A stretch of DNA of 62,241 nt, counting the filler, from Choristocarpus tenellus KU-1152 (lineage: Eukaryota > Protista > Phaeophyceae): assembly GCA_964200185.2 (NCBI GenBank). It is 5 parts of 5 records of this genome, joined end to end, with 100 filler letters (N's around TTAATTAATTAA, not from the genome) between each part and the next. Parts side by side here need not be neighbours in the genome. Positions count along the whole stretch, not along the records: positions 1 to 5,119 come from CAXNAD020011810.1; positions 5,220 to 8,969 come from CAXNAD020018166.1; positions 9,070 to 19,607 come from CAXNAD020002870.1; 2 more parts are not named here. The stretch is one strand, 5' to 3'. Positions 1 to 10,419 of this stretch are shown one piece after another. The position numbers were made by a program, and so were the translations under genes. The first letter of the stretch is position 1, and every line of letters starts with the position of its first letter. Under the pieces are notes generated by a model, which had not been told where the DNA came from, did no database searches, and saw only the letters and a list, made by a program, of their open reading frames with translations.

Positions 1-2401
1 TGCTCTTTCTTGAGCATAAATACGTCCGGACGTGTGAGGTGGGGGCGTTTGTGTGCGGGCACTTTTTAATGAGTGCACTTGACGTCAATAGACTGCAAAA
101 GCACCAAAAAGAGGGGGTCCACACCTTGTGGGGCGCTTGAACGTATGGTACGTCAACATCTGTCTTACCTTGGGCGAGATTTCTTACATCTTACACAAGT
201 ACATATCTTAACGTCTTAGACTCCAAGTATGAAACGATTTTCATTCCGATTTCTCACTTTATTTTGTCCATCTTTCACACCTCCTTGAAAAGAAAGGAAG
301 GTCAAGACCCAGCATGAGCAAAACAAGAGATTTTTTACAGTTTCTCTCAGATTGACGATGTTGTGAGCTCTGTAGTGAAATAAGAGCACACAAATGGTAG
401 TATAAAACATTTATGCATTGCCCTCCCTAGGTTGGGGGGGGTATTGCGATACAGTCACATTTCAGTTCAAACCAAACGGATGGAATTTGTTCGCGCTGGT
501 CTAATTTATGCCCACAAGAAGGCCTTTCCATTTACAACTCTAGCATTGTGAAATATCAAGCGTTCGTGGATCTAGACTGTCCTGTCAAGTATTGAGAAGT
601 CACTATTCTACCAGCACAAAGTTCCACACAACTGTCTGCCCTGGTGGAACAGTGGAGTCTCAATGTTTGATAGTGATATCTCAATTTTCACAAAATCAGA
701 GGTTGCAAGATTGAATTCCGACGGGATCGCTTGCCCAACTCCATCCTATGGTGGGTGAAAGAGAACAGTTTGTGAGGGGCGTCCAGGAACAGGCTCAATA
801 GGAAAGCAACCACGCACCCCAGAGTGGAACAATGGCATCTCAGTGTTCGGCATATGTCCTCATTGAAGAAATAGTAAAGACCAATAGTGTGAAACTGCAG
901 AATTAGAGGTGTTATACAAAAGGCTTTAATGTACTAAGTGACCAAATCATGTAATGTATTGCCATGCAACGATCCACGTTGCTACCATGTAGGCGGAGGA
1001 CTTCTAGTGCATACACAGCCTTTAAGGTACAGATCAGATATGATGGGAGGTGGATACAGAGGTAGATTCAATGTTGTGTTGTCGGAGAGGGAGTACTTGA
1101 CCCACAAAATATCATACCTGCATCCATTTCCTGACAAGAAGGCAATTGATTAGTTGTGGTTCTTTGAGGTCTCATCGGTTTTGAGGTACTCAAAACACAA
1201 CTGCACACAATATTGATATGGACCTGATCTTGCTCATGTCCACATTAATTTCTCATTAGATTTACTACTACATTCCTATTGTTATGATAACAGACTCACT
1301 TCTTTTTTTTAACAGTCTGCAATTACAATTTATTTCATACACTTTGGCGTAAGTCGTGTGTCTATGGGACTGTCCTCAATTGGGTGGTCAAAGTACAGTG
1401 TTTGGTGAACGAAGTACCTTGTGCACTTGTAGGGTTTGTACATTAGGACAGCATTCTTTGCTCACCAAAGGGGAACTATAGAAACAACTTTCACCTAGAA
1501 TAGAGATGTGACAGCAGGGACTGGGGAAGCTGAAGTTGCCAAATTTGATTTTCACTCAACCTGAGGACTTTCTGCTAGAAGAAGTTAGAGGGTATGAGGC
1601 AAGATAAGGTTATCGAATGAGTTCCGTGTAATAGATTGAAGGACATTCAGCAATTTGTATAATCTACGACTAGATGCAAGGAAAAATGCGTGAACAAGTT
1701 CCTGGGTGGAATCACCTTAGCCTTTGCCTTTTCAACAAGAGGTTCGGATTTGTACTAAATGCATAATAGGTTATGCACTAAAAGATATATTTTTCCTCTA
1801 CTTACACCTAATACAGTACTACTTGATGGCTTGAGGTACAAGAAGACAAAAGTGGATTGGCCAACATCTACCACTGGCTGCTGAAAGTCAAACTGTGTGT
1901 AATGCCCAGGATATGCAGACTGAAATTCAGATAATAGTTTGGTGACATTTTTCTTCCGAACAAGAGTTAAAATTGTGTACAATATTTGCCAAGGGCATGG
2001 TTGTTGTGCATATATCTAGAGGGTACATTAAATGCTGCACCTACCCAGGTATATGATCGAAATTTCAGGGTATTGGGATGTTTGTAATGTTTTATGATTG
2101 AGAGCTTTCTTGACAACATTGCTTTGGCTTGGCATATGATAATCTCAAAGGTTGCAAGTGCTACATAAACACTGATATTGCGGTTGGTAAGATTGCAAAA
2201 AGGTTGGTATGTGTTGGGGGGTGAGCTATGGTGCTAAAGCACTGATAGTTCACCTTGCCTAAATACAACATTCCCATTAGGGCCAGTAAGGATTTTTTTC
2301 TCTATGGCGATGTGCACCTTTCAAACAGAGTGCGTATAACAGCACTAGATCTGACTCTGTGCCTTTCAACAGGTACAAAATATCATTATTCAGTTATCAC
2401 T

Positions 2402-2988
2402 TCATGCCAACATGCTTGGAGCACCAATTCCATTTCTAGCTTCTGCTCCACCTACAATACTGCCACCCCCAGCACTACTCCCAGCTGCCCCTCCACAAGC
2501 ACCTCCTCCAGTGTTGCTGCTTGTTTCCACATGCTTGCCTCCACCGCTGGGACGCTTGGTTTTCCCCCCTCCCTTGTTGTTTGCTTCCCCTCGATCCCTG
2601 TATGGAAAACAGAAAGCTTCTCTCCTCAGCTTCAGCTCTAGAGTTTGCACAGACCTCAAAGTCAATGAGTGCAAGATAATTTGAAGTTTCAACAGGATTT
2701 CCACAACTAAAAAAGCACAAATGACTCAACACCATTCAAGATCCAATGACAATCATTGAAAGCAATTGGTCTCATTGCCTTACCACCACCATCAAACATA
2801 CCGTACCTCCGGAGAGAGAATTCCACGTCTGTCACAACCGATATGAAGAACGGCCCTGTCTTTCCAGGTTCAAAAGTGGCAGGAACAATTGTGAAAGCAT
2901 CATCCTCAGACTGACTTTCAAGCATGAATCCCGCTGGGGTTGATACTGAATGAGTTGGAACCATGGGCGATCCTTCATATGCACGTCC
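2402..2988 (-). CDS. Last two exons (2988-2807, 2597-2402) of a calpain domain III (C2-like)-containing protein; 5' exons not found
   Basis: Spliced translation GRAYEGSPMVPTHSVSTPAGFMLESQSEDDAFTIVPATFEPGKTGPFFISVVTDVEFSLRR|DRGEANNKGGG...PSMLA*. The IVPATFEPGKTGPFFISV motif matches the calpain-III C-terminal consensus (IVPxTFxPxxxGxFxLxV). The GT-AG intron 2806-2598 keeps frame. Confidence 0.7.
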
Positions 2989-4770
2989 CTATATGGTTTT
3001 GGGGAAGGATGAGGTCAACTATTACATCCCTTCAAGCAGCAGGAAAACATATCAATCCAAACATGTGATGTATCAATGTTTTGGTGCATGTCCAACGAGT
3101 TAGGTAGGTCATTTGGGCTATGCATGATGTGCACACTATTGTTGGCAATGAATGATGATACTGCACCATTTCTACAACTTTTGGGGAGAAAAAAGTTGAT
3201 ACTTTAAATCATGAGTACCATAGTAGATTCGCCTAGATGAAACCTAGAGTGTACACATCGAAGATCAACATGTCCGAGCACTGTATCTTCGTGTGTTCTG
3301 CTTCATACCATACTTTTTTCTCATAGTATGACACAACATATTCATTTACTGAACTTTCTACAAGCTCAACAGAGTTACTCAAGTTCAACAATCTAAAAAC
3401 CCTGCAACTATCACTCCATCACAGTACCTGTAGGTGCTTCCTTTGCATACGTATCCTTGTTTTCTTCTTGGTCAAAATCAATGTTCAAGGAAGGTACTGC
3501 GCATCTGGCCTACAAATCTACATGTAATCACAATCGTGATGGAGAATACTGACAAGCCTTTGAACACACCAGAATATCTGTCCGCTAATTGTCCCTTACT
3601 GAGTTCAGACTCTTTCTTCGGCAAACCAGGGCCATGTGTATTCGACCACAGAGTTTAGTGTCAATCTACCCCCTTTTTTCATTATGCACTGGTTCAGTAC
3701 TGGAGAATGTATTGATTTTTTTTGCACAAATGGGACCTGCACTGTATTTCCAACATTATTTGATACTCCTTTTTAAAGTGATAATGCAGGGGTTGTACCA
3801 CCGTGAATGTCTCTTGTCAGTATTTTTTACTGTGTTGTCTAGCTGCCCTAGTACTCTTGGTAAGCACTTTTGTGGTACTAGTAGAACAAATACAATTAGT
3901 CCTTATTCAAAGCAATGCCTAGCACATTCTTTTTACCAAGTGCAGCAATTTACTGCATATGATGTGGTTACCAGCACTAAAGCACAAGATTGATTAGTTC
4001 ATGAGTCTGGAAGTGTGTAAGTCTACAAGACTTCTAGGTATTTGGGTCTTGAAGATGCTGTAATGCATAGGCAGAACAAAATTGGATTCAAGGTCATAAT
4101 TCTTGAGCAAATGTGATATCACACCCATGTCTCTCTTTGTGGCAGATAGTGGTCACAAGAATGATTCCTGCCACCAGCATCTTGGGTTATTGTGTCAAAG
4201 CCGTAGAAAGTATGAAATCAATCAATCTGCTGGGATCCCCTTGCATTTGTACAAAATGGGCATGACTTGTGTAATAGTGCACTATATATTATTCTCGAGA
4301 ACAGCTGCAGCAAGCTTCACAACAATGTTATTTTGATGTTAACCACTATACTCATATGAACTACTGCCTCAGGTCAATTAATATCTTATGCCTTCCTTTG
4401 TTTTGAGCTCAAACAGTAATTATCAGTCATTGTGACGCCATTGAAAAATCTGTATTTTATTCTATGTAGGGATGTGCCTAGTTAGGGTACAGTACTGCTA
4501 ATGCTCTGAGAGTGCTTGCGTATTTTTGCATTGTTACAAGCGCCATGAAAAACACACCAGTTTATCAATCTTGTGGAAGAGGAAGATAGGTACTTTCGAC
4601 ACAATAGCTGGCTGAAAGAAGTGGAGGACGGTGGAAAAAAGAAAATTCTTCTTACAGCTGCACTCAAAGCGTATAATTCAAATTACAAGTATGCTCTGCC
4701 CTCAGTTATCATTTATCATTACTCGCCACAATTTAGGAGTACAATGTACCACCATTGATCGTGGCAGGGA

Positions 4771-5119
4771 GGGTGAAGGGACTGACCCCCACATCACAGG
4801 AACAAGAATACCCATACTGAGTACTACTACATTGAGTACTAGTACATTCAGGGTGAAAGGACTGGACCCCACATCACTGCAACAAGAATACCCATACTTA
4901 GTACTAGTACGTTGAGTACTAGTACATTCAGGGTGAAGGGACTGGACCCCACATCACTGCAACAAGAATACCCATACCGGGTACTACTACATTGAGTACT
5001 AGTACATTAAGGGTGAAGGGACTGGACCCCACATCACTGCAACAAGAATACCCATACTGGGTACTACTACATTGAGTACTAGTACATTCAGGGTGAAGGG
5101 ACTGGACTCCACATCACTG
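4771..5119. repeat. 80-bp tandem minisatellite, about 4.4 copies, truncated by a gap
   Basis: Unit start gggtgaa(g/a)ggactg recurs at 4771, 4851, 4931, 5011 and 5091. Confidence 0.95.
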
Positions 5120-5219
5120 NNNNNNNNNNNNNNNNNNNNNNNNNNNNNNNNNNNNNNNNNNNNTTAATTAATTAANNNNNNNNNNNNNNNNNNNNNNNNN
5201 NNNNNNNNNNNNNNNNNNN
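5120..5219. other. Artificial 100-bp N linker with TTAATTAATTAA (stops in six frames)
   Basis: N-run, TTAATTAATTAA, N-run; the same structure occurs four times in the window. Confidence 0.95.
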
Positions 5220-5238
5220 CCCCCAGATACTTTAGGTC
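5220..5238. mobile_element. Terminal fragment of MITE family B
   Basis: cccccagatactttaggtc resembles the ends of the copies at 51481-51661 and 54382-54571. Confidence 0.6.
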
Positions 5239-5267
5239 ATTCCCCACTTTGTATCAAAGTACTTGAT

Positions 5268-5535
5268 ATGTGAAAGTATCTTAGAGGGTATGAGTTTTGC
5301 CCTGTTTGTCCGTTTGGGACTTGACTTCCCACGTTTTTTTTAATGACATTTTCCTATTCCGAAATACTTCAAGTAGGAAAAATGTTTACGTTATATAATA
5401 GGTATCATGTGTATGTGCGGGACAACGATATTGGCACTTCCTTAACAAACACGATAGCCAAAATTACATCAAAATCACACCATTGGATTTTGCCCCTCAA
5501 ATGGACGCGACTCTACCCTCTAAGATACTTTGAAA
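5268..5535. mobile_element. MITE family A copy (about 265 bp)
   Basis: Ends gtgaaagtatcttagagggta ... taccctctaagatactttga; the internal sequence matches other family A copies. Confidence 0.85.
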
Positions 5536-5539
5536 TCAA

Positions 5540-6866
5540 TTGCACACCACAAAAAGGAGCTGTCAAGCCCTCTCAAGTGTGGTTTCATCATACTCCTCAT
5601 ATTGTTTCTTGATGACCTTCACCATCTCCTCAATGGACTCAAACCGTTCCTCCATCACCCAGCATTTCAAAGACCTGACGAAGCACAGGTCCATGATATT
5701 GAGGTTGAGGGAGTTAGATGGCTGCGTCACAAGCCTAATCGACCATCCCCCAGTCTTCCCTGCCCCTGACAAGATTTCTGAGTTACCCTTGCCTGTGTGG
5801 GGGGTGGCACTGTCTTACTGAACGACAACGCGCTTCCCCTACAACCAAGGCATCTTGGTCTTGGTTGCAGGCAGTAACTCCTCCGTGTACCACTTCCTGT
5901 ACCACAAATAGGAGTGAACATATCTTAGAGGGTAAATATTTCGGAGTAGGTAAAATGTATATATTATGAAAAGGTGTGTCCGGAACAAGGATATTGACAT
6001 CTCCTAACAAACATGATAGTCAAAATTACATCAAAATTGCAACGTTGGATTTTGACCCCCAAATGGACGCGGCTCTACCCTCTAAGATACTTTGACTCCA
6101 GTGTAAAGTGCAGTCCTGCTCATACACATCCCCCTTCTTATGGTTCTTGCTTGTCCTGTCTGCCGTTTTTGGCGTACACACACACCAAACACCAAGCTTC
6201 CGTCTAAGCTGTGAGCCGAATCTGGGCGGGTATTGGGTGAAATGATCATGGTTTTGGGGATATGACTCTTGTGCTGCACAGTAGGGGACCCTGGAAGGTC
6301 GCTATCATCCTCATGTGGAAATACCCTAACCCTTTCCCCGTCACCCATAATGTAAAACCAGGTTTCACCCACGTGGATCGTGTTCGACATGGAGGCGTAC
6401 AACACCACGTTTCTGGTCCACTTGATCGCAAACATAATCCATTCTCCATACCTTTTGCCACAATTTAAGCTTGGGCTTGATCTATGGGTGATTCGACTTG
6501 GCCCCCAATCATTCAACTACCTGTTTGTGGTGCTCGTGCTATAAGTCAGCCCTTTGGCGGCCATATCTTCATTGTCACCTGACGCACTATGGATAACCGA
6601 TTATCGGAGTTGATACAAAGTATGTCGGCCATTTTGGTTGATGTGAGCTCCGAAGGCCGCCCACTACGTGCCGCCACCCCTAGGTCAAGTGTGTGGCCAC
6701 AGACGAGCTGATTGGCAACGTCCTCCCAGAGACCTCGCATGTAACCCTCGGACACTGCAAACTCTGCTACAAGGGCTGGCCCAACGTATTGCCGCAGCTT
6801 ATGCTCACCAGGGACAATCGCAAGGGTGTGCCGCACTACAAGCGCAACTCTGGAATTCAGGGACAC
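5540..6866 (-). pseudogene. Decayed Tc1/mariner transposase of the plant/oomycete DD39D-like group, interrupted by a MITE
   Basis: Motifs across frames: RSGRPS (N-terminal region), NTIHVGETWFY (cf. IHIDEKWFY), HKSHIPKTMIISPNTRP..LDG (cf. KRFIPKVMFLAAVARP..FDG), WYRKWYTEELLPATKTKMPW, VVVQ*DSATPH (cf. IQQDNAxPH), IRLVTQPSNSLNLNIMDLCF (cf. QPPNSPDLNVLDLGF). Contains in-frame stops and frameshifts. Confidence 0.85.
5912..6098. mobile_element. MITE family A copy with internal deletion, inserted in the mariner relic
   Basis: gagtgaacatatcttagagggta ... taccctctaagatactttgactc; it splits the transposase reading frame. Confidence 0.85.
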
Positions 6867-7220
6867 TTAGGCACCCTTCCTACACGGAGGGGTCGATGAG
6901 AGGGTTGCTATGCCGACGTTCTGACCCTTGACGTGCCCATTTCTGGCCTTAAAATCACCCCGATAGATCCCTACTTTGACGGCTTGAAGCACGTCGAACC
7001 TGATGACCCCGAACCCCACCTTTTCTGAAAGCTGAGATTGTCAACCCCTATTCATTCTGTGGGGTTATCGTCCGATTCGGCGCTGTTCTCGCTCGGCAAG
7101 CCCAGATGTTTCGCGGCGCAAAGTTATGTTACAGAGATAGTGCCTAACTATCTTCATCAACTGACGTCAAAACACTCACTTCATACCACACCAACTTCAC
7201 ACCACCACCTTCTTACCACT

Positions 7221-7482
7221 AAGTGAAAGTATCTTAGAGGGTACGAGGTTTGCACTGTTTGTCTGTTTCGAGAACTTTTGGCTTCCCATGAGTTTTATTA
7301 TGACTTTTTCCTACTCGGAAACATTTCGGAGGAGGAAATGTATACTATATGAAAACGTGTATCCGGAACAAGGATATTGACACTTTCCTAACAAACACGA
7401 TAGCCAAAATTACATCGATATCGCAACATTTGATTTTGGGCGCCAAACGGACACGGCTCTACCCTCTAAGATACTTTGACTC
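7221..7482. mobile_element. MITE family A copy
   Basis: aagtgaaagtatcttagagggta ... taccctctaagatactttgactc, about 262 bp. Confidence 0.9.
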
Positions 7483-7799
7483 CACCCAAACTATGCGACC
7501 AATCTAAATATTTATCCTCTCTCCAACTCAATGTGGCCAATTTCAACGTATGGTATCCACTCACAAACTAATGTGTCGAGGACGTACTTGTAATTTTTGT
7601 GTGAAAGTAGACTATGTAAAGAAACAATCAGATGGTGGAAGAGAAAAAAAATGTGTTCTGAAGTATTGGAGGTGAGAATGACTTAATGAACTCCACTAAA
7701 AAAGAGTTCAGGAAGAGAAAACATATTGTAGCAAGTAATCAATGATGAGTGATTAGTGAATAGAAATTTGCATCCCTTCACTTGCGGGAGGCTTTCCAC

Positions 7800-8820
7800 T
7801 AACAGCACAAAGATAAAACATCGGACCCTGAAGTCAAGAAGTTCCTAGACAAGCTCAAGTCGGATCTTACCTCAACACGCACCTGTCATATGAGTCCATT
7901 GTCGCAGCCATGTCCCTGGACATCACATTGAAGGACAACGGGGTCACACATGACTACACACCGCCTCTTATGGATCAGAGCAGGAAGTACAACTTCAACT
8001 CAGACACTTTCAAAGCTTCTACAGAAACAAGGGACCAACATCAGAGGGAACAGGCGGAAATGAGGGAGAGGTGGGCAGCAAAGTGTCGCAGGGATATCGC
8101 CACTGCCTTGACTACAGGGAACATCAACACCCACGACATCCCATCACCCTCTAGGAGGTATGTGTGACCTCAAAATAAAATTTCCTTTTCTTACAAACGC
8201 AATGAGCATCAAACAACTCCAGTGACAAATGTATCCTTTGTTCACGTGACTTCCTCTCCTCTGTTTTTCTTGCTTCTTCTCAAGTTGATGAAAGGGATCA
8301 GATTGTTTGATAAGAGCATGACAAATACTTTTGCCGTTTGGACTAGATATACTCGGAGACCTACAGGGTTGCCCTGGAGGTGTGGGAAAACAACAGCTTC
8401 GAAATGCGCTATGACATCGTCCATTGATATGAAATCACAAAAGGGTTTGCATAGCCTTAGCAAGGACACTAACAAGAGGAAGTGCCAAATGTACTCGAAT
8501 GGTGAGCAGCACGGACTGAGGTAAGCATACCTAGACATACCCATTGATCCCAGTGTAAAAGCCCCTCCGCGCTTTTTATCCTACTGTTTTACTTATATAC
8601 CTCACTGCCCCTTAACACATTTCAAATCTACTTCCGTTGGAAAATTTCTTTAAGTTCTCATTGGGATGGATGACGATGCTTATGAAGAGTTCACAAGATT
8701 AGCTCTCAAGAAGGAGTCAACAGGACCAATCCCGTCTAAGGCAACCCTTGTCAAGTGGAGGTTGTTCTATATGAGGAATTCAATCGCTAAGGTGAGGAAC
8801 AAGTTCTTCGTCCAACAAGT
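7800..8820 (+). pseudogene. Possible decayed intron-containing gene fragment of unknown family
   Basis: Three coding-like blocks separated by GT..AG-like introns (ag|gtatgt near 8157, ag|gtaagc near 8520, pyrimidine-rich acceptors near 8284 and 8654). No clean spliced frame could be built. Confidence 0.3.
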
Positions 8821-8833
8821 TTAGAGTGAAAGT

Positions 8834-8969
8834 GAGCCAAAGTATCTTAGATGGTAGAGCCGCGTCCATTTGGGGGCGAAAATCCAATGCTGTAATTTTG
8901 ATGTAATTTTGGCTATTGTGTTTGTGAGGAAGTGTCAATATCCTTGTTCCGGATACACCTTTTCATAAC
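8834..8969. mobile_element. MITE family A copy truncated by a gap, preceded by a 10-bp TIR stub (8824-8833)
   Basis: gagtgaaagt|gagccaaagtatcttagatggtagagccgcgtccatttgggg. Confidence 0.85.
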
Positions 8970-9069
8970 NNNNNNNNNNNNNNNNNNNNNNNNNNNNNNN
9001 NNNNNNNNNNNNNTTAATTAATTAANNNNNNNNNNNNNNNNNNNNNNNNNNNNNNNNNNNNNNNNNNNN
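8970..9069. other. Artificial N linker
   Basis: 100 bp of N with central TTAATTAATTAA. Confidence 0.95.
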
Positions 9070-9360
9070 GATAGGTTGTCAACTGGTATGATTGAGAACC
9101 TAGGATGACCTTGGAATAGTGAAGAGATCTTATTCTGGAGCTTGAAATCTAATGATAGACGACCCCAGTGTGATTGACCGTGAGTCCCCACTGCTACGTC
9201 AAATTCATCAGCCACGAAAAGACGATGCTGAGAGTAGAAATTTCCCATGCCTATACTGCGTCGATCATGGCAACTTGCTCCCCTCTCCCCCCCCCAAAAT
9301 ATGTGGTTTTTAGGTCGACCGATTTTTGAAGAAGAAAGGATCATTGTCCAACGCAGTGTG

Positions 9361-10419
9361 ATGGCCATTGGAAAGGGTACAACCTACCGGGGTGTACGAC
9401 CTCCACAGAACGGGAAGTGGAGGGCAGTGACCTACAAATTAGGATCGCAGGTGATTGGTCAATGACGCTTGCTCCTTCTAACTTGGAGCCGGTCATGCAC
9501 TCTGCAAGTACGAGTGATAATTTTGGGACTGCCTACTTCAGAAACTCTCTCAGTGTAAGGGCAGGCATCCTGCTTGCATGCAAAGACTTGCTTTACTGAA
9601 TTGTAGGTCTGCTGAAGGTACTCTCTTGTTTGCACTTTGCTGATCGCTCTTGCTCCAAATGTACTACAGCTGTACATTGGGACATATGATTCAGAGATTG
9701 AAGCTGCTAAGGCACACGACCGTGCGGCAGTGTTTGTCCACGGAGACAGTGCAGCCCTTAACTTCAAACAGGAAGGAGAGGGATCGGAGGAGCAAAACTT
9801 GTCACAGGATGAGACGGAACGCCTGAACCAACAGGTCCTGCTCATTGTGCAGAAGAAGCGGGAGAATGTTGAGCGTAAGCAGGTGATTCATGCTGAGGTT
9901 AATAGTATTTGCCGAGATTGAGAGGTATCATAGAGAACTTGTCATATGTGGTACAAAGAACAATATTGACATTCGTACCTGAAGAACATTTTTTTATGAT
10001 ACGTTTATCAGTAAGATTATGCATTAACCTGGAAACCTCACCTACCCCCATCTTATCAATCTTTTTGACGCATTCAGTTGAAGTTGCGTGAGGAAGGCCA
10101 GGGGATGTGGGAAAGAGGGGGATTGTTTAACGAGAGAGAGGAAAAATCCCACACAGACGGAGCTGGAGATATGGATGAAACCCTGGGCAAGGAACAGGAA
10201 ATGGAGAAGTATGGGATGGAGAACATCCGGACATGGTGTGAACCTTGTTGCCATGGTGATGGGTCTCTATGTGCACGGGGAGATGCTGGCACCAATTCAA
10301 TCAACGCAGGTGATATAGCAAGCTTGGTGGAGAGTATTTTGGGTGAGGAAGATGAGTTGGGTCCAATACGTCTAGCCAATCGTGCAAGGGTGAGGAGTCT
10401 ACTATTCCCAGGATATTGA
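9361..10419 (+). CDS. AP2/ERF-domain transcription factor A, 3 exons (9361-9450, 9670-9882, 10078-10419), about 214 aa
   Basis: Spliced: TTYRGVRPPQNGKWRAVTYKLGSQ|LYIGTYDSEIEAAKAHDRAAVFVHGDSAALNF, matching the AP2 consensus (YRGV..GKW.A....YLG.F...EAA.AYD.AA....G..A.LNF). Both introns are GT-AG, phase 0. The start codon is uncertain. Confidence 0.85.

Noticed and set aside
4540-4700. Possible pogo-like DDE transposase fragment (WL...KKILLT)
   Set aside because: Too short, with no catalytic motif or TIR.
4771-5119. Regularly spaced repeats as a CRISPR array
   Set aside because: The whole 80-bp unit repeats with no unique spacers, the context is eukaryotic, and no cas genes are present.
5164-5175. 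TTAATTAATTAA as a biological motif
   Set aside because: It sits in the same position inside every 100-bp N gap and is an assembly linker.
6999-7035. CTGATGA...GAAA as a hammerhead ribozyme core
   Set aside because: The required flanking stems and cleavage triplet could not be paired convincingly.
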